64,000 nt of DNA from the NCBI GenBank assembly GCA_002633005.1, contig NMRA01000542.1, positions 227,221-291,220 of the forward strand, in the 5' to 3' direction. This DNA comes from Phoronis australis. Its lineage: Eukaryota > Animalia > Phoronida. Position numbers and translations under genes: made by a program. Under the pieces are notes generated by a model. It had not been told where the DNA came from. It saw only the letters and a list, made by a program, of their open reading frames with translations, and searched no databases. Below, one piece after another: positions 1-45,751 of the stretch (position 1 is the stretch's first letter; each line of letters starts with the position of its first letter).

Positions 1-426
1 ATCTTCCCTGCAATCTTTTTTGTAGACGGTTTGGGTGGATTATTTTTACATTAAATTTCAATTTTCAGTTCCTTTGTAAAATCATAATCTTTTATTACCA
101 ACATTCAACATTTCAAAAAAAGCAATGCACACTATTTTACCTAACTTGCCTCTCTTGTGAAATACTAATTTAAATAATACATTCTCGTCACTCGAGATAT
201 AGGAAATAAGAGTAAAGTTTGATAGTTACCAAGCAGTTGAAATTTTGCCATGTTAAATTAACAAATTGTCCCTTGGTCTGGGGTCTGTGTCATGAAAAGT
301 CAGAAATTTGGTCTTGTACTCCACACAGTTATTTCTGAAAAATAATTAAATCTCGAGCAAAAGTGCTAAGTATTCGAGAATATCCATATAACTGCTGGTT
401 ATTGAGAAAATTTATACAAGCTATTT

Positions 427-703
427 CTAGACTGTGATGTCCTCGTAGTTACTTACTAGCTAGACTGTGATGTCCTCATAATTACTTGGCTAGACTGTGA
501 TGTCCTCGTAGTTACTTGGCTAGACTGTGATGTCCTCACAATTACTGGCTAGACTGTGATGTCCTCACAATTACTGGCTAGACTGTGATGTCCTCGTAAT
601 TACTTGGCTAGACTGTGATGTCCTCATAATTACTGGCTAGACTGCGATGTCCTCATAATTACTTGGCTAGACTCTGATGTCCTCATAATTACTGGCTAGA
701 CTG
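427..703. repeat. Minisatellite, ~29-30 bp unit (CTAGACTGTGATGTCCTCATAATTACTTGG), ~9 copies
   Basis: Direct reading of tandem units; it sits inside a dispersed element related to 7725-7880. Confidence 0.95.
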
Positions 704-1726
704 TTTTCGGTAATTGCGAAGTTGGAGCGCAAGACCAAATTTTTATCTCAAGTCTTAAGGTTATCTAGGACCTTAATAAACGATCTCAACTCTAAGTCAA
801 ATATAGAAAAACTATGCCTTTTCAACCATTAAAAGTACATGTTTTCTGAAAGAAGAATAGTGATCGAGGATTCTAATTATTATTGTCATGTGACCACGTT
901 TTTTAAGTCAAATTTTCATGTGCAAGATAGGTACATTCGTAGCAAAATGACCATCCAGACAATTATACTAAAACTTTTTTTAAAAGAAAACTTTAAATAA
1001 TGTCTCAAATATCCTGTTAAGATTTTGCTTTAAAATGCCTAGTTTATGAGTTCCAAGTGATATATACGAATAAGACCTCTATTTTTGTTTACAAATTAAA
1101 ATGCCTTGTGTTTTGCAAGTTAATTTGGCATAAAATCCAAACTTTAAGTGAATAATTAAAAATTCCTAACAACTTTTCATGACTCTCCTGATGTAATAAT
1201 TGGCATATAATATAGTTCATGTTGTTTCCAGGTTTAGCGCCATCTGCTGTGCTAATATTGACAAAGCCACAGTGACCTGCTGCAGGTGATCTGTTGCCAG
1301 AGGCCAAATGGTCGATTGCACCTTACAGTCATGCATCCTGGACTCCTGTGGTCAATTCAAGACATCAATTTCACATGCTGAACTTGTCTTGCATACAGCC
1401 TCTGTTGGCATTAGGGTCTGGTGAACATACCTGACATTATTTTCACCATTGGTCAATTAAGGATAAGGTCAACCAATGTACTTAAACCTGCTGAGCGTAA
1501 AAAGCATGCTTTCCCAAAATTAAGTAGTGCGACGCCAGTCATTATCCAGTTGATAAATGCGGGTTGTGATCACCATGCCCACTGATCAAAATGTCACTCA
1601 AGCAGAACATTACTTTTGTTTGCAGTACAATTATGCTTCTATTTTCATACCTCATGAAGGTTGAAATTATTGAGCAGCAATCAATATTTGTCACACAAAA
1701 TTCAGGAAATGAGAGAAATAAAGTGA

Positions 1727-2057
1727 CGTCCACTCACAGACTTACCCTAGAACAAGTTGCTCCTGGAACGAGTTGTCGCTAGGTTTGGGGGCTGTCTTGA
1801 CGATATTTAATCTAGTGCAACTTGCCCCACTTGACATCTTACTCCACTGTACTAAGGAAGGGGAACTTATCTTGCATCACTTCTAATTGTTGTGTGGCCA
1901 CAAACTTTTGGCAAGGAGGAAGTAATTATTTGCTGCAGTTACATACCGACTGGTCATCTTTTACTTGCCAGACTCACATTAGCTGTTCATTGTCATGTAC
2001 AGAGCAAGAACTTCCACCATACCCTAGTTACCAGATGTGTGTGTATGTGTGTTTGTG

Positions 2058-2101
<44 letters not shown>

Positions 2102-2180
2102 TGTGTGTGTGAGGACGCTCCACTTAAAGCGGGGCAACTTGCACTAGTGCAAATTGTTCTAGTGTAAGTCTGTTTGGACG
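1727..2180. mobile_element. MITE with imperfect terminal inverted repeats, containing a (TG)n/(GCGT)n microsatellite at 2036-2111
   Basis: CGTCCACTCACAGACTTACCCTAGAACAAGTTGC at the left end is mirrored by GCAAATTGTTCTAGTGTAAGTCTGTTTGGACG at the right end. Confidence 0.65.
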
Positions 2181-3285
2181 AGACTTCAAGATGTACTTGT
2201 ATGCTCCCAAGTATGCTAATGTGTACCAGGAACTGAACGACATTGCTATTTGAATATTCTCTGTGGTAAACAAAGTGCAGTTGTATTTATTGACAACTTG
2301 TAAATGTGAAAAGAAAAAAAATCTGCAAATAGGTTACCTTTGTACTAATGACGTACCTCGCAGACTCGCATTGCCTGCATCATGCATATTATTTACCAAC
2401 ACCACGTCCGGGTATTTATTGGACACGATTTAATGATTTACAGCAAATCATTCTGACACAAACATTTTGGCATTTTTCAACCTACTTCTTATTCACATCG
2501 TTACTACATGTCGTGTTTCTAACTTATTTGACCACGTAATCAGAGATAAGTTATTAGCGTGCAAGTTTCACTTTAAGGCAATCAGACTATACCTTAGTTT
2601 TGTTAAAAATCTAACCAAATGGCCTCATTTTCAAGTACTTCGCCAGACTGTATTGCTTATGGAGGCTGGATGCGTGACAAATCCTGAACAAGGGTCATCC
2701 ATCTGTTGCCGTAACTCCCATGCATTTTGCTATTTACTGCAGTGCAATGTCTAGGATATCACTTTACATACCTAGACTTCATTTCCAGTAGTTTTGTATA
2801 TATTCAGTTGAGAATGCTCAATAATAATCCGTCATGTTATTGTTTGAAAAAAATGACACCTCTTTACTCACACATTGTTTTCATGGTTATTTGAAGGTGT
2901 GGACAGAATTAACAAAATTAAACATTTTAGGGGAAACTGTACTGGCTTTAGAGGATTGCAACGTCAAAGTGGCTGGATTTTATACAGTTCAAGGGGGAGT
3001 CCATGCGTGCACCCAGCGTAAATATAGGGGGGCTCGAATTCTTCTGAATAATCAACGAGGACTAAAAAAAACTGGGCCACTAGGTTCAGTCCTGCCAATC
3101 GTGCATATGTGCCGAATTCCTGTGGACTTTTGTCTCGTTTACTCAGACTTTTTGTTTCACTGCCCAATTAACCAAATTGGGGGCTCATTTGAGCCCCCCT
3201 GGGGGGTGCGCCCATGGATTCAGTCATTGCCAATTTCATTCCTGTAATCATAATGTTCTCATTTAGCTCTTTGAGTGAAGCAATG

Positions 3286-3798
3286 TTATGCAGGACCTTA
3301 TCGAGGTTAAGCAGGACCTTATCGAGGTTATGGAGGACCTTATCGAGGTTATGCAGGACCTTATCAATATGTCTGTGTATTGAACCAAGTGTCTACAAAA
3401 TTGGAGATTTTAACCGTGATAAGTACATATTTTCTGAAAGTAGAAATTCTATAGATTTTTTGCCAATCTATCATAAATCAGTCACGTGACAATTTTATTG
3501 GTAAAATTTAGCAAAAAGAATTAAGGTACATTGACTGCAAAACAGCTGTATCAGTTCGGTAACCAAATTTTATTCGAGATGAAATGTCAAAAATGCTGTA
3601 ACATTATCGTTTTGTTTTATGCAACTTTTCGTTGATTTTTTTCACAAACTAAGTTGCATCATGCAAAAGTGGAACATTTCTAACAGTACCTAAAGCATCA
3701 TATCTGAGAGTTTCACATGATTCTGATCAGCTATTTGAGATGTGATGTTCTGAAGTTAGCCAAATTTAGAATTTTTCTTGGGTCCTACATAACCTTAA
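3286..3798. mobile_element. Kolobok-like non-autonomous element whose left terminus is tandemly repeated (21 bp x4)
   Basis: Left end GGTTATGCAGGACC is repeated 4x at 3286-3365; right end GGTCCTACATAACC followed by TTAA at 3781-3798. Related copies at ~756-1080 and ~8367-8793. Superfamily inferred from the TTAA flank and GG terminus. Confidence 0.55.
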
Positions 3799-4556
3799 AA
3801 TTTGTCAGTTAAACTCAGCTACCGACAGCTGTTGTAATGTAGCTATCACATGAGATGAACTCAAAATGTGATGCTTTGTCACCAAAGTGGTTTTCATTGT
3901 AATGCTGTATTTTGTACGATTCCAATAAACTGTCAATGATTTCCTGTTTTTATTTACACATAGATTGAACTTACGATGCTTATTGTGTCGCAAACTGGAG
4001 AAATAAGAATCTGTGATTAGCAATGAAGTTGCAAAATATCAACAAGGTTATCTGGTGCATTTAGCCTTTGTCAGCTTCTCGCAAGAAAATGGCCCTTATC
4101 ATGTAAACACATTTAAAATTTGCAAGTACTGAAGAATGGCGTACAAACATTGTATGTGAAACAACTGGTGACAATTGAAAACACTGTCTTGTTTTTTGAC
4201 TTTCAATTCTGGTTGTTTTGATATTAGTTCCAGATTTCCTTTAGTGATAAAACTACTTCCCTTTTTGTTGACAACAAGATAAAGTGATAAAAACACATCT
4301 GCAAGTGCAAACAGAAGACCTTTAAGTTGAGCTGTTCTGCTCTTTGTGCATTCAAAATGACTCGTTGTGACTTGATAAATTCGGCACTTGCTGTGACATC
4401 GGAGCTTGTTCACAATAGTTTGCAAGTGAGCACCACCCTGTAGCCGGTTTAGTTTTATGAAAGCAAAAATTTGCGTGTCAACACCAAGCATCTTTTGAGA
4501 GGCACCACAAGCTGCAATGTTTGAAGACTGGTGAATGGCAATAAGTGTCAAATTCT

Positions 4557-7500
4557 TCAGTCCAGCATATTGTACTCCATCATCAACTCGAAATCTTTGT
4601 AACTAATTCGTCCATCCCAGTCTGTATCAATTTCTCTGAAATAATTTACAACATGATGGCTTAGTCTAGCAAAAACAATAGATTAGTGTAAAGTGGTTAT
4701 TTCTGTATTGACGTACTTGTCAGGGTTACCACTCATAAATTGAAAATCTCAAAAATCAGAGGCAAGGCATTCAAGTTTCGAAACTGCGAATTCTGAGCTA
4801 ATGAGCAGGGAGTTGCATTTATGTTATCCGACAAAGATATCATAAAACAAACAACTGGGCAATGATAGACGCTGTGTGAACAGTGCGTTACAGGCAAGCG
4901 AATTGCATTAATTTTGAGAACAGCAGTGAGCATTCACTGAGGTAGGGTTCTTTGAAACCAAAAGTCTGGACAGCACATTAAGTTAATATGGTAAGTGTAT
5001 TACTGAGCATAGATTTTTGAAAGTTAAAATTGGAAAATTAGAGGCGGGGCGTTTAGTCAAACATCGGTGTTAAAGCTGACAAGTTCGTTACACTGCATAA
5101 ACNGAATTAGTTCATGAGTTAATTGTATGTTTCAGTCCATCCAGTCAACAAAACGATTGCTCAATGAGTATAATATCTTATATTTTGTGATTAAGTACTT
5201 CCAATGTTGAGGGTACTTCATAGCACAACTGACTGCATACATTGGCTCTAACTATGACATAGACCGAAAAATTCCAATTCAAATATTGTATCCACCCTCG
5301 TACAGTATAAGTCCACTCCCAACTTTTTATTTTTTAGCGTATAAACCCACACACTCAGGCATAAACTCACCCTCTTACACCCCGGCTCACATCAATTTAT
5401 CCCGACTTCTCTTGTTTGCACCCTGTCGGTCGACAGGTGTGCTCACGTAAAACTATCTCAGAAAACGGACTCCAAATCGTGTGTTAATTGCAAGCACGTA
5501 TCATGCAAAGCTTGATTCACATCCTAGGTCATCGGATACAGTGTGTCACTGCATGTAATGAAAAGACCCATGAGTTTAGGCACAAATGTTCAGTACAAGC
5601 CTATCCATGTATAAGTCCATCCCAATTTTTTCAAGCTCCCAAATTACAAGCCTGTGGGCTTTTACCCAGAATGATATGGTTACAAAACCAACTGAACCAA
5701 ATTACTCACCGAAATGCAGATTCTATTGTGTGAGGGGGTATTTTCGGAGCTACTTGCAGGAATGCCTTTTTTAAATCTTCAACTGTTAAAAATCCACGGT
5801 CTGTGAAAAAAGAGTTTTAATCACTAAAAATGATAGAATACTGTTATTCATGTTCCCTAAAAACTTGACTACTTGCCAACTACTATTTGGAAGTGAGTCA
5901 CTAACAAAAACAAGTTACAAACCAACCGTGGCATAATTTTGAGTGGAGGATGATTATGAAAACAACCAATCAGTTACATCCCATAAGTTACCACCATGAA
6001 ATGTTTCCTTGAAGGTAAAACTGCCAAACATGCCATCTGAAAATTGCCACAATGATGCCACTGATGAATCTAAGATGTCACAAGGGAAGCAATTTCCAAA
6101 GGAAAATTGTTTCCAGCAGCCATAAAAATGAAACCTGACATCGATTTTTATGGATGGGTCTGGATAGGGGGCCCAAACCCGCTGCCCCCTTCAATCCATC
6201 CTTGAATACACTCAGTACAATTCAAAAAGTTGTACAAATGAACTTGTCAGCATGTAGGCAAATGGGCGTAAAATGATCATTACAGAACTGGCAGAATTTA
6301 CCACGATATTTATTCTGACAACTTACAGCCCCTGAACTAAATTTGTGCATTGAACTAAACATTTTTATTGACATTTGAAATTTTAATATTTGGCATCAAT
6401 CTTACCTATTTTCATGATGTATTGATAGATATTAAGTTTAATTTCCAACCTAATATTCAGCTGCAGAATCAGGCTTTTGCCATTTCGTATACTGTGTAAG
6501 GGCCTTCGGCATTTGCTTTAAAGATGCTATGTCTCATTAATACCGTGAATATTCACAATTGTTTTCAAATGTACATTATCAGTTGTGGTGTTTTCTATAA
6601 AAATTGCAATTTATTTTCAAATTGTTTCTTTTCCTGATTATACTTGAACACACAGTTCTACAGGAAGTCACTAGGTGGCGCTTGCCGCAAATTTGAATAT
6701 TCACGGTTTTAATGAGACATAGCATCTTTAATTTGCAGTTTGTCAGAAGGAAAGCATCACATACTCTTGTCTGAGAATAAAGATTGAGCACCTAATGTGA
6801 ACAATTGGCTGGAAGAATAATAACTATCACATGAGCAGCGGACCATAGGGGGCTGGGGGAGCTGTAGCCTCCCCCCTTTTTTCAGTGCTGCGCTGCCCGT
6901 GTATTACTTTCAACTAGAAGAGCTTTTTACACAATGAGTGCATTGCTAATTTACCTTGACAAACAATGAAGTATCAGATCTCACTAATTTTAACTGCAAC
7001 AAAATTCTTGTAAAATAAGAAAATTTTACTTCTACATCTATCTGTTCAAGAGGCACTACTCTTGGATTTGCCTGTTATTTGACACAAGCTCCAATTGTTT
7101 TTTGGACGAAGACTAAGTGGGCAGTGATAACTTACGAGGTGGTCATTTTCATATTTTAAATGTGAATTTTCTTGACAAAACCAGAAGCAGCACTTTGTAA
7201 CAGAAAGCTTTTGTGCAGATGTCCAAAGATTTTACTTAATATGGCAAAAAAAATCTACAAGCAAAATCAAGATCAGTGCCTAGGGCAAGCTGCTGGTCTG
7301 TGTTGTCCTGTCTTACATTGTGAATCAAATGTCAGAAACATCTGCCGAATCTCTTCACAGGTGTCTTTGGCAGACATCTTTGATGACATCAGCTTGGTAA
7401 ATGTTTCCATAGACATACCTACAAATAAAACAGTATTTCCATAGTCATACACATATGGTTAACTCTCTTCCAGATTTTGTCATGGTCAAGTACTGAGCAG

Positions 7501-10500
7501 CATTAAGACCACTTAGCCAAAATGTTGGACCATTCTTGACAAATCATCAAGTAACTGCAGTTAGTCCACACAACGTCATGATTATTACAAATGTAAACAC
7601 ATGTGTGGATACTTGGCCAGGACCTGCTTCGTGAAACTGTCTTATGACAAGACCAAAATTTGTCCTCAGGATCCCATTTCACAACTGCTGAAAAATGGTT
7701 TAGCCAAGTAATTACGAGCACACCAGTTTAGAAACAACTTTATAGCAGTTATGTGTCTATTTTCAGAAACTTTGCACTTTTTCTCAAGTGAGATTTAATT
7801 ATTTTTCAGAAACAGTTGTGTGGAGTGCAAGGCCAAATTTCAGTGTTAGTAAGACTTAAGTCACTTTTTATGAAACAGATGTCTTATTTCAGATGAACGA
7901 TTGTCTCACAGAACCTGAAGACACTAAGCAATGTTTCATACTTCATGAGAGATGTTGCGGTCACGTTTGTACACAAGGAATATATGTGGACCAAAAACAG
8001 TCACTTACAGGGGTCTGACAGTTTGAGAACCAGTTTTCTTCATGGTCTAAATAAGAGGTGTCAAACTGGTTCTCAAAATGCTGGACGCCTGCAAGTGACT
8101 ATTGCCCTGAACTGTGCTCACAAGGGCAAACCAGATAATCAGAGGGAATACACCGACTGTACAAATTACCCAGAATGCCATCATCATTGGGTTCAACAGT
8201 CTTGAATAGCTCGTTCACTTCCACCTTTGAAGGTTTATATCCAAATAAGGAGAGGACAGCAACTTTAATATCCTCTTTTGTTAAATAGCCTTTGTGACTC
8301 TCATCACAACTATGAAAGACCTGAAAATGTAAACAGATGACGAAATATGTTACACACCACTAAAATGTTATGTAGGACTCTACAAAAATGTGAACATTTG
8401 GCTGCTAACATCAGAAATTACTGATCACATTCAAATGAAATTTTCAGATATATGTTTTATACACTGCTCTCAAAACACTATTAGGATTGTTTTAAATGAT
8501 CTACTTGTTCAACAGGAGACTGAGATAAAAAGTTTGACTGTTATGATTTTATGAAAAAACTCAAATATTTTATCAAAATGAAAATGAAATAATTTAGAAG
8601 AGTAAGAAATATGGCTATTTTTATTGATGTTATGAGATTTCGTTTTGATACATCTTATGAAGACATGGTCACATGACCCAATCAGTGGCACATTGATCAA
8701 AAGTCGAAGATTGATTTAGACTACAAGCTTTCTATTTAAACACTAGTCTAAATTATGATTTGCTTGTAATCTAAATCTTTATAAAATAACCCTAAGTTAA
8801 AGTTGAATTGTTGTCAAACTTTGCATGAAGCAAGTGTGAACATGCCTAACAAAGTGTGAACATGTCTTACAAAGTGTGAACATGCCTTACAAAGTGTGAA
8901 CATGTCTTACAAAGTGTGAACATGCCTTACAAAGTGTGAACATGCCTTACAAAGTGTGAACATGCCTTACAAAGTGTGAACATGCCTTACAAAGTGTGAA
9001 CATGCCTTACAAAGTGTGAACATGCCTTACAAAGTGTGAACATGCCTTACAAAGTGTGTTACATCGGCTAACAGAACTAACACTTTAGGTGTTTCACACG
9101 ATGACTGCGGGAAAGACTGTCCAATTCAAAACACAAAATTCAGTTCCTGACACAGAAGAAACCTGTCCTGCTTGAATAATGTTAAATTATAACTCATGGG
9201 AGGTACCAATGGTGAACCAACATGTGACAGAACCAGCTTTGAGTGAATTTGCCAAAAAAGGGTTGGTATCCTTTTAAGCAATTTGATTTCAGGTGAATAC
9301 CTTGAAAAGTAAAGGCCAACATGGCAATACCCTTGACAACTAACTCCCATTTAGTCCATATTCCAGACAACACCGGTTTTCCGTGGACTGATATCAATTT
9401 TTCTTTTGTTTTTTACGAAACCAAAGACGTGTTTAAAATTGCCAGTTTCTGTCCTTGACATTTCAATTTATTTCAGCCAGTATTTTATTGCTATGAAGAC
9501 AGCACCAATGTGATAACTGGCTTGTACAACACAATAGGACTACAGATCAACTTTGGTGATAACAAGGGTGAACGCCGCTTTTGCCTGGGTTGATGAAGAG
9601 AAGCCTTTTACAACTACAAGATACCATTGGGCAGAGAACTATTCCTAATGTTTGTCATATTGACAAGAATCGCACCAATATGAATTACATGAATTTTAGA
9701 ATGGTACCTCCTAGCACAGTCCGGTGGTGATAAGGGTCACTAGTCTATAGCCACAAGGTACCATTTTTTTCAGCACTAACCTCATGATGCTTTTTAGAGT
9801 TGAGGAATTTTGAACAAAATAGACAATTTAAAATGCCTTCCCACACTCAAGAGGCCAATAGCAAGATAGCACCGCCAGTAGAGACAGTGGAGCTCCTATA
9901 GGCGCTTCATACGCCGGAAGCTTTCGGCAAATTATGCCTCGCACTGACTAAAACGTCAAAGTCACGTTGTTATAAATACCTTTTATGGATAAGATGACAC
10001 CTTAGGAAGCCATCGATGTACTTAAGTCCTTCCGACTGGAACAAATACTTTTTAACACTGCGCGTGGCAAGTGGTATGACGTCATATCCCCTGGTGTGTG
10101 CAGAGTGAAAATGGCGAGTTACCGATTTTGGGAACTGAATGAGGGACTGCTTGAGGAAAAAGTTTGTTAACGGGAGTACTTGTTCGAGTTGGAAGGAATT
10201 AAATACATCCATGGCCTCCTAAGGTGTCCCTCTAAGCGCAAAAGGTATTTATTACAACGTGACTGAATGTTTTAGTCAGTGCAAGACATAATTCGCCAAA
10301 AAGCTTCCAGCGTATGAAGCCTCTAGAGGAGCTCCACTGGCGGTGCCAGTAGGATGGTGGTTCACTAGTAGATAGCATCCAACCATCGATAGTGATCAAT
10401 TAATATATAGTGCACAGCTGGTATACTAAATATTTTGACAATAGTCTTCATACAGCTAGCTGGCTGGATAGACTTGAAAATCTCCCATTTTCCCTCGACT

Positions 10501-10687
10501 CGACAGTTTTTGTTTTGGCCAGGGCAGCGTTCAGTGACCAGGCCAGACGGCAGACACTGAATGCGTCGCGTTGGTTGACTTTCCAGTTGCTTACCTCAGA
10601 AATTGTACGTGTTTCCTGTTCTGAAAGGGTTCGAGGAACGCCGGATTGAGACGCGCTACGAAGATACGATCTGAACACAGAAACCAT
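4557..10687 (-). CDS. EFCAB11: EF-hand calcium-binding domain protein 11-like, complete, 5 coding exons, 171 aa
   Basis: Exons 10687-10595 (MVSVFRSY...ETRTISE), 8320-8170 (VFHSCDESHKGYLTKEDIKVAVLSLFGYKPSKVEV...), 7418-7317 (GMSMETFTKL...EEIRQMFLTFDSQ), 5800-5710 (YRGFLTVEDLKKAFLQVAPKIPPHTIESAFR), 4635-4557 (EIDTDWDGRISYKDFELMMEYNMLD*). All introns are GT-AG and the phases join into one 516-nt ORF. The motifs LFGYKPSK, RGFLT.ED.KKAF.QVAP and the terminal DxDxDG EF-hand match EFCAB11 as I recall it. Confidence 0.9.
8832..9058. repeat. Minisatellite, 20 bp unit (AAAGTGTGAACATGCCTTAC), ~11 copies
   Basis: Direct reading; in EFCAB11 intron 1. Confidence 0.97.
9885..10339. mobile_element. Foldback-type MITE with ~165 bp imperfect inverted arms
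   Basis: CAGTGGAGCTCCT...GGAACAAATACT is mirrored by AGTACTTGTTCG...AGGAGCTCCACTG; a partial copy lies at ~12550-12665. Confidence 0.85.
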
Positions 10688-10986
10688 CTGTCAAACGCTT
10701 ACAATCGATTCTTATGATTCTATCGACAAGTACTGGAGATGAATTTGAGATTTTGTACCAAACACACTTCCTGTTCTAGCCATTTTGGAATTCCGGGGAT
10801 ACCCCAGTCAAATTGCGCGCGATTGGACATACCAGTCACGTGCAGTTAGTGAACGCGAGTGATTGGTTGTTGTTAGTGCATCCTTTAAAAATAGGACATT
10901 ATCATATTTCAATATGGCTGATTATTGATAGGTGACTGTGAGAAGGATATAAAAATCGAGGGTGCTTTAGATTATTTATTCCAAAG
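10688..10986. promoter_or_regulatory. Bidirectional promoter shared by EFCAB11 and FBXO11
   Basis: Two divergent ATGs 300 bp apart (10687 minus, 10987 plus). The interval has locally raised CpG, two GATTGG (CCAAT) boxes (~10821, ~10861), a GTCACGTG E-box (~10836), an ETS-type CACTTCCTG (~10765) and a YY1-like GCCATTTT (~10779). Confidence 0.75.
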
Positions 10987-43406
<32,420 letters not shown>

Positions 43407-45419
43407 CCCTCGCCAGCCAGCCTGCCCAGTATTCCAGAACTCGAGATTATCCCAAATTCTCATCACCCGATTCACTCACTTACGTAGTAGTGCCATATTG
43501 AATCGTTTGCCGTGATTGAAATGTTCTGCAAAATGTCTTTAATCGTCAATTTATGAAGGTCTCTTTATAAGTTGGGAAAGTTTGAGTATTAAAATGCATG
43601 TTCGTTTATCAGTGTGAATCTTGTGTGCACATGCAATTATATGCTTCCTTATTTCACAAATTTGTGCTTGTTTTCCAATACCCATTTGCCAAGTTAGGAA
43701 TGCATGCTGTTGGTCCTACAGTGTAGTCACCACATCATTTATTAGTTTTGCTGATTGTATCACCTTGACAAATCACGTGGTGTGCTGGCTGTGTGTCTTA
43801 CTATTAACAGGTTGGGAACTTTGCCAACCAACACACAACTATTATATTTATTATTTCGTATTATTCTTGTATGTGTGGGAATTTGCAATATCCCGACTGT
43901 TCATCATTCAACCTATGAACAATGAATATGCCTAATGTATTTGGCTAATTTTTCAACAATTTAGTCAATTTTTTATGTGTACTGTTGAGTGTTTTTCTAT
44001 CCAGTGTATCTGCTATGTTTTGCAAGTGTATGTGTGGTGAAGTGTTGCTGCGTGATGTGAGTCAGTTTTCCTTTGTTTTGTGAGGGGTGGGGTGTCTACT
44101 TCGTCTTATGTTAAGGTACTTAAGTTGTTTTACTCAGTGTGTTGACAGTCAAACAGACTTAGAAAATAAGAAACTAAGAAAATTAGACTAGAACTCATGT
44201 GAAACATTTGATAATATAAATTAGGTGCAACTCATTCTCTGCACACTTTTCTGGACTCTACAGGGGCTTAGTTTTAAGATGGCCAGTTGTAGCATTGTTT
44301 GGGATTCCTATCAGTTTTCAGACATTGGCTTGTGAGCACGTTGGAATCTTCTGAATTTGTGCTGTGTAGACTCATCAGTGATAATGGCTTTTATGCCAGC
44401 AAAATTCTAATTACAGAATGGCAGCCACCTACCTAACTTTGCTGTTAATTTCCATTCATTCTCGGTCATCAGAGGTGGCTACGCTGACGATGGTTCAGCT
44501 TACGCCCGATTGTCATGACAGGGAATTCCAGGTCACTTTGTCTGAATACTTTTGGTTTGTACTTTGGGAAGGTGCTGAAGTAGTCACATCACGTTTAGAC
44601 TTTCTGTCAGATTAATGTTTGTCCGTGATGCTGACTGTGGCATCTGTTCTCAACATTTTTGTGTTAATTGAAGCACTTGTGTGAAATGAAGCACCCACGT
44701 CTGCAGCCAAATGTCAGTGAATTGATGAGCTTATGATGGGAACATCAAAAGTTTGGTCGAAAAGGTACTGCAAATCTCTCGTAACTGGGGACACCTACAA
44801 GTCAGATCTTCTCTGAGTTTGGATAAGGTTACAGAGCACAAGCACTGTATATGGTACAGTTGGATTTAGTCATAATGAGATCAAATCTTTTGATGTTTTT
44901 GGATTCTACTTCCGAGAGTTTTTATGTGACCTATTTTCCATTAAACCTTAAGTGACTGTGCAGTTTTAGTTCTGTCCAATCTCTTGTTGGATAGAATGGC
45001 AATCAGTATCACACCAGTGTTTAGAGTGGTGGTAGAAGTTACTACTTTGATATTTCTGAGCTCTTTCTAGTTTTAGTGAACTGTGTGCATTTAGCGGTAG
45101 AGATCAAATCTATTTTGGTAGGAATTTAGATACTTCAAGCTCTTGTGCACTTCCTATCCAACGCTCACGTTATATACCTCCACAAGCTTTTTGTCAAATA
45201 TTGTTATTAAATGTTATTGCAGTATGACATATGCTGTATCACAATTGAAGAGTTATATAAGAATAAAATATATATATCTACGTGTATATTACGGCTTCGT
45301 TAGTTACATTTACCTTCTAGAAGTAAGACTCTGAAGAAGGTTGTGTTTGAGTTAACATTGCTCATGTATCGAAATTGAGTTTTTGTCAGATTCAAAGGAA
45401 AGCTTTAATTTAAAATAAA
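43407..45419 (+). other. FBXO11: FBXO11 3' UTR with candidate poly(A) signals
   Basis: Repeat-poor, T/G-rich sequence after the stop codon; AATAAA at 45262-45267 and 45414-45419. Confidence 0.5.
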
Positions 45420-45751
45420 TACAACATAAACGAAAAGTAAGTAGCACGTTACTCAAAAGATTGGTGTCAGTTGAAATGAGCAGTGTAGATCAATGCCAAC
45501 TTATATAAAGTTTTCTAACACTCCACATTTCTATTGTGCATTGCAGCACAAGACCAGCTAAAATGTCATGACTGAGCCTCATTCTGGTGATGACTCATTT
45601 AGGATGGTCAGAAATCCCCATTTCAAGTGCATAAGTAACGACTTCTTCATAAACTGTCTTGTAAAAAATCAAAAGACATGCATTTGCAGAAAAAATGAAG
45701 CAGGTTTTTTTTCTAAGATAGTGTCATTCTTGTAGAGCACCACTAGATTGT

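Noticed and set aside
427-703. CRISPR-like appearance of ~30-bp repeats (also 31255-31629)
   Set aside because: No unique spacers and no cas genes; eukaryotic intron-containing context.
1822-2167. Cys/Val-rich ORFs
   Set aside because: Translation of the (TG)n/(GCGT)n microsatellite.
4099-4551. 150-aa minus-strand ORF
   Set aside because: Begins just after the EFCAB11 stop (4557) and lies in its 3' UTR; non-ATG start and no recognisable motif.
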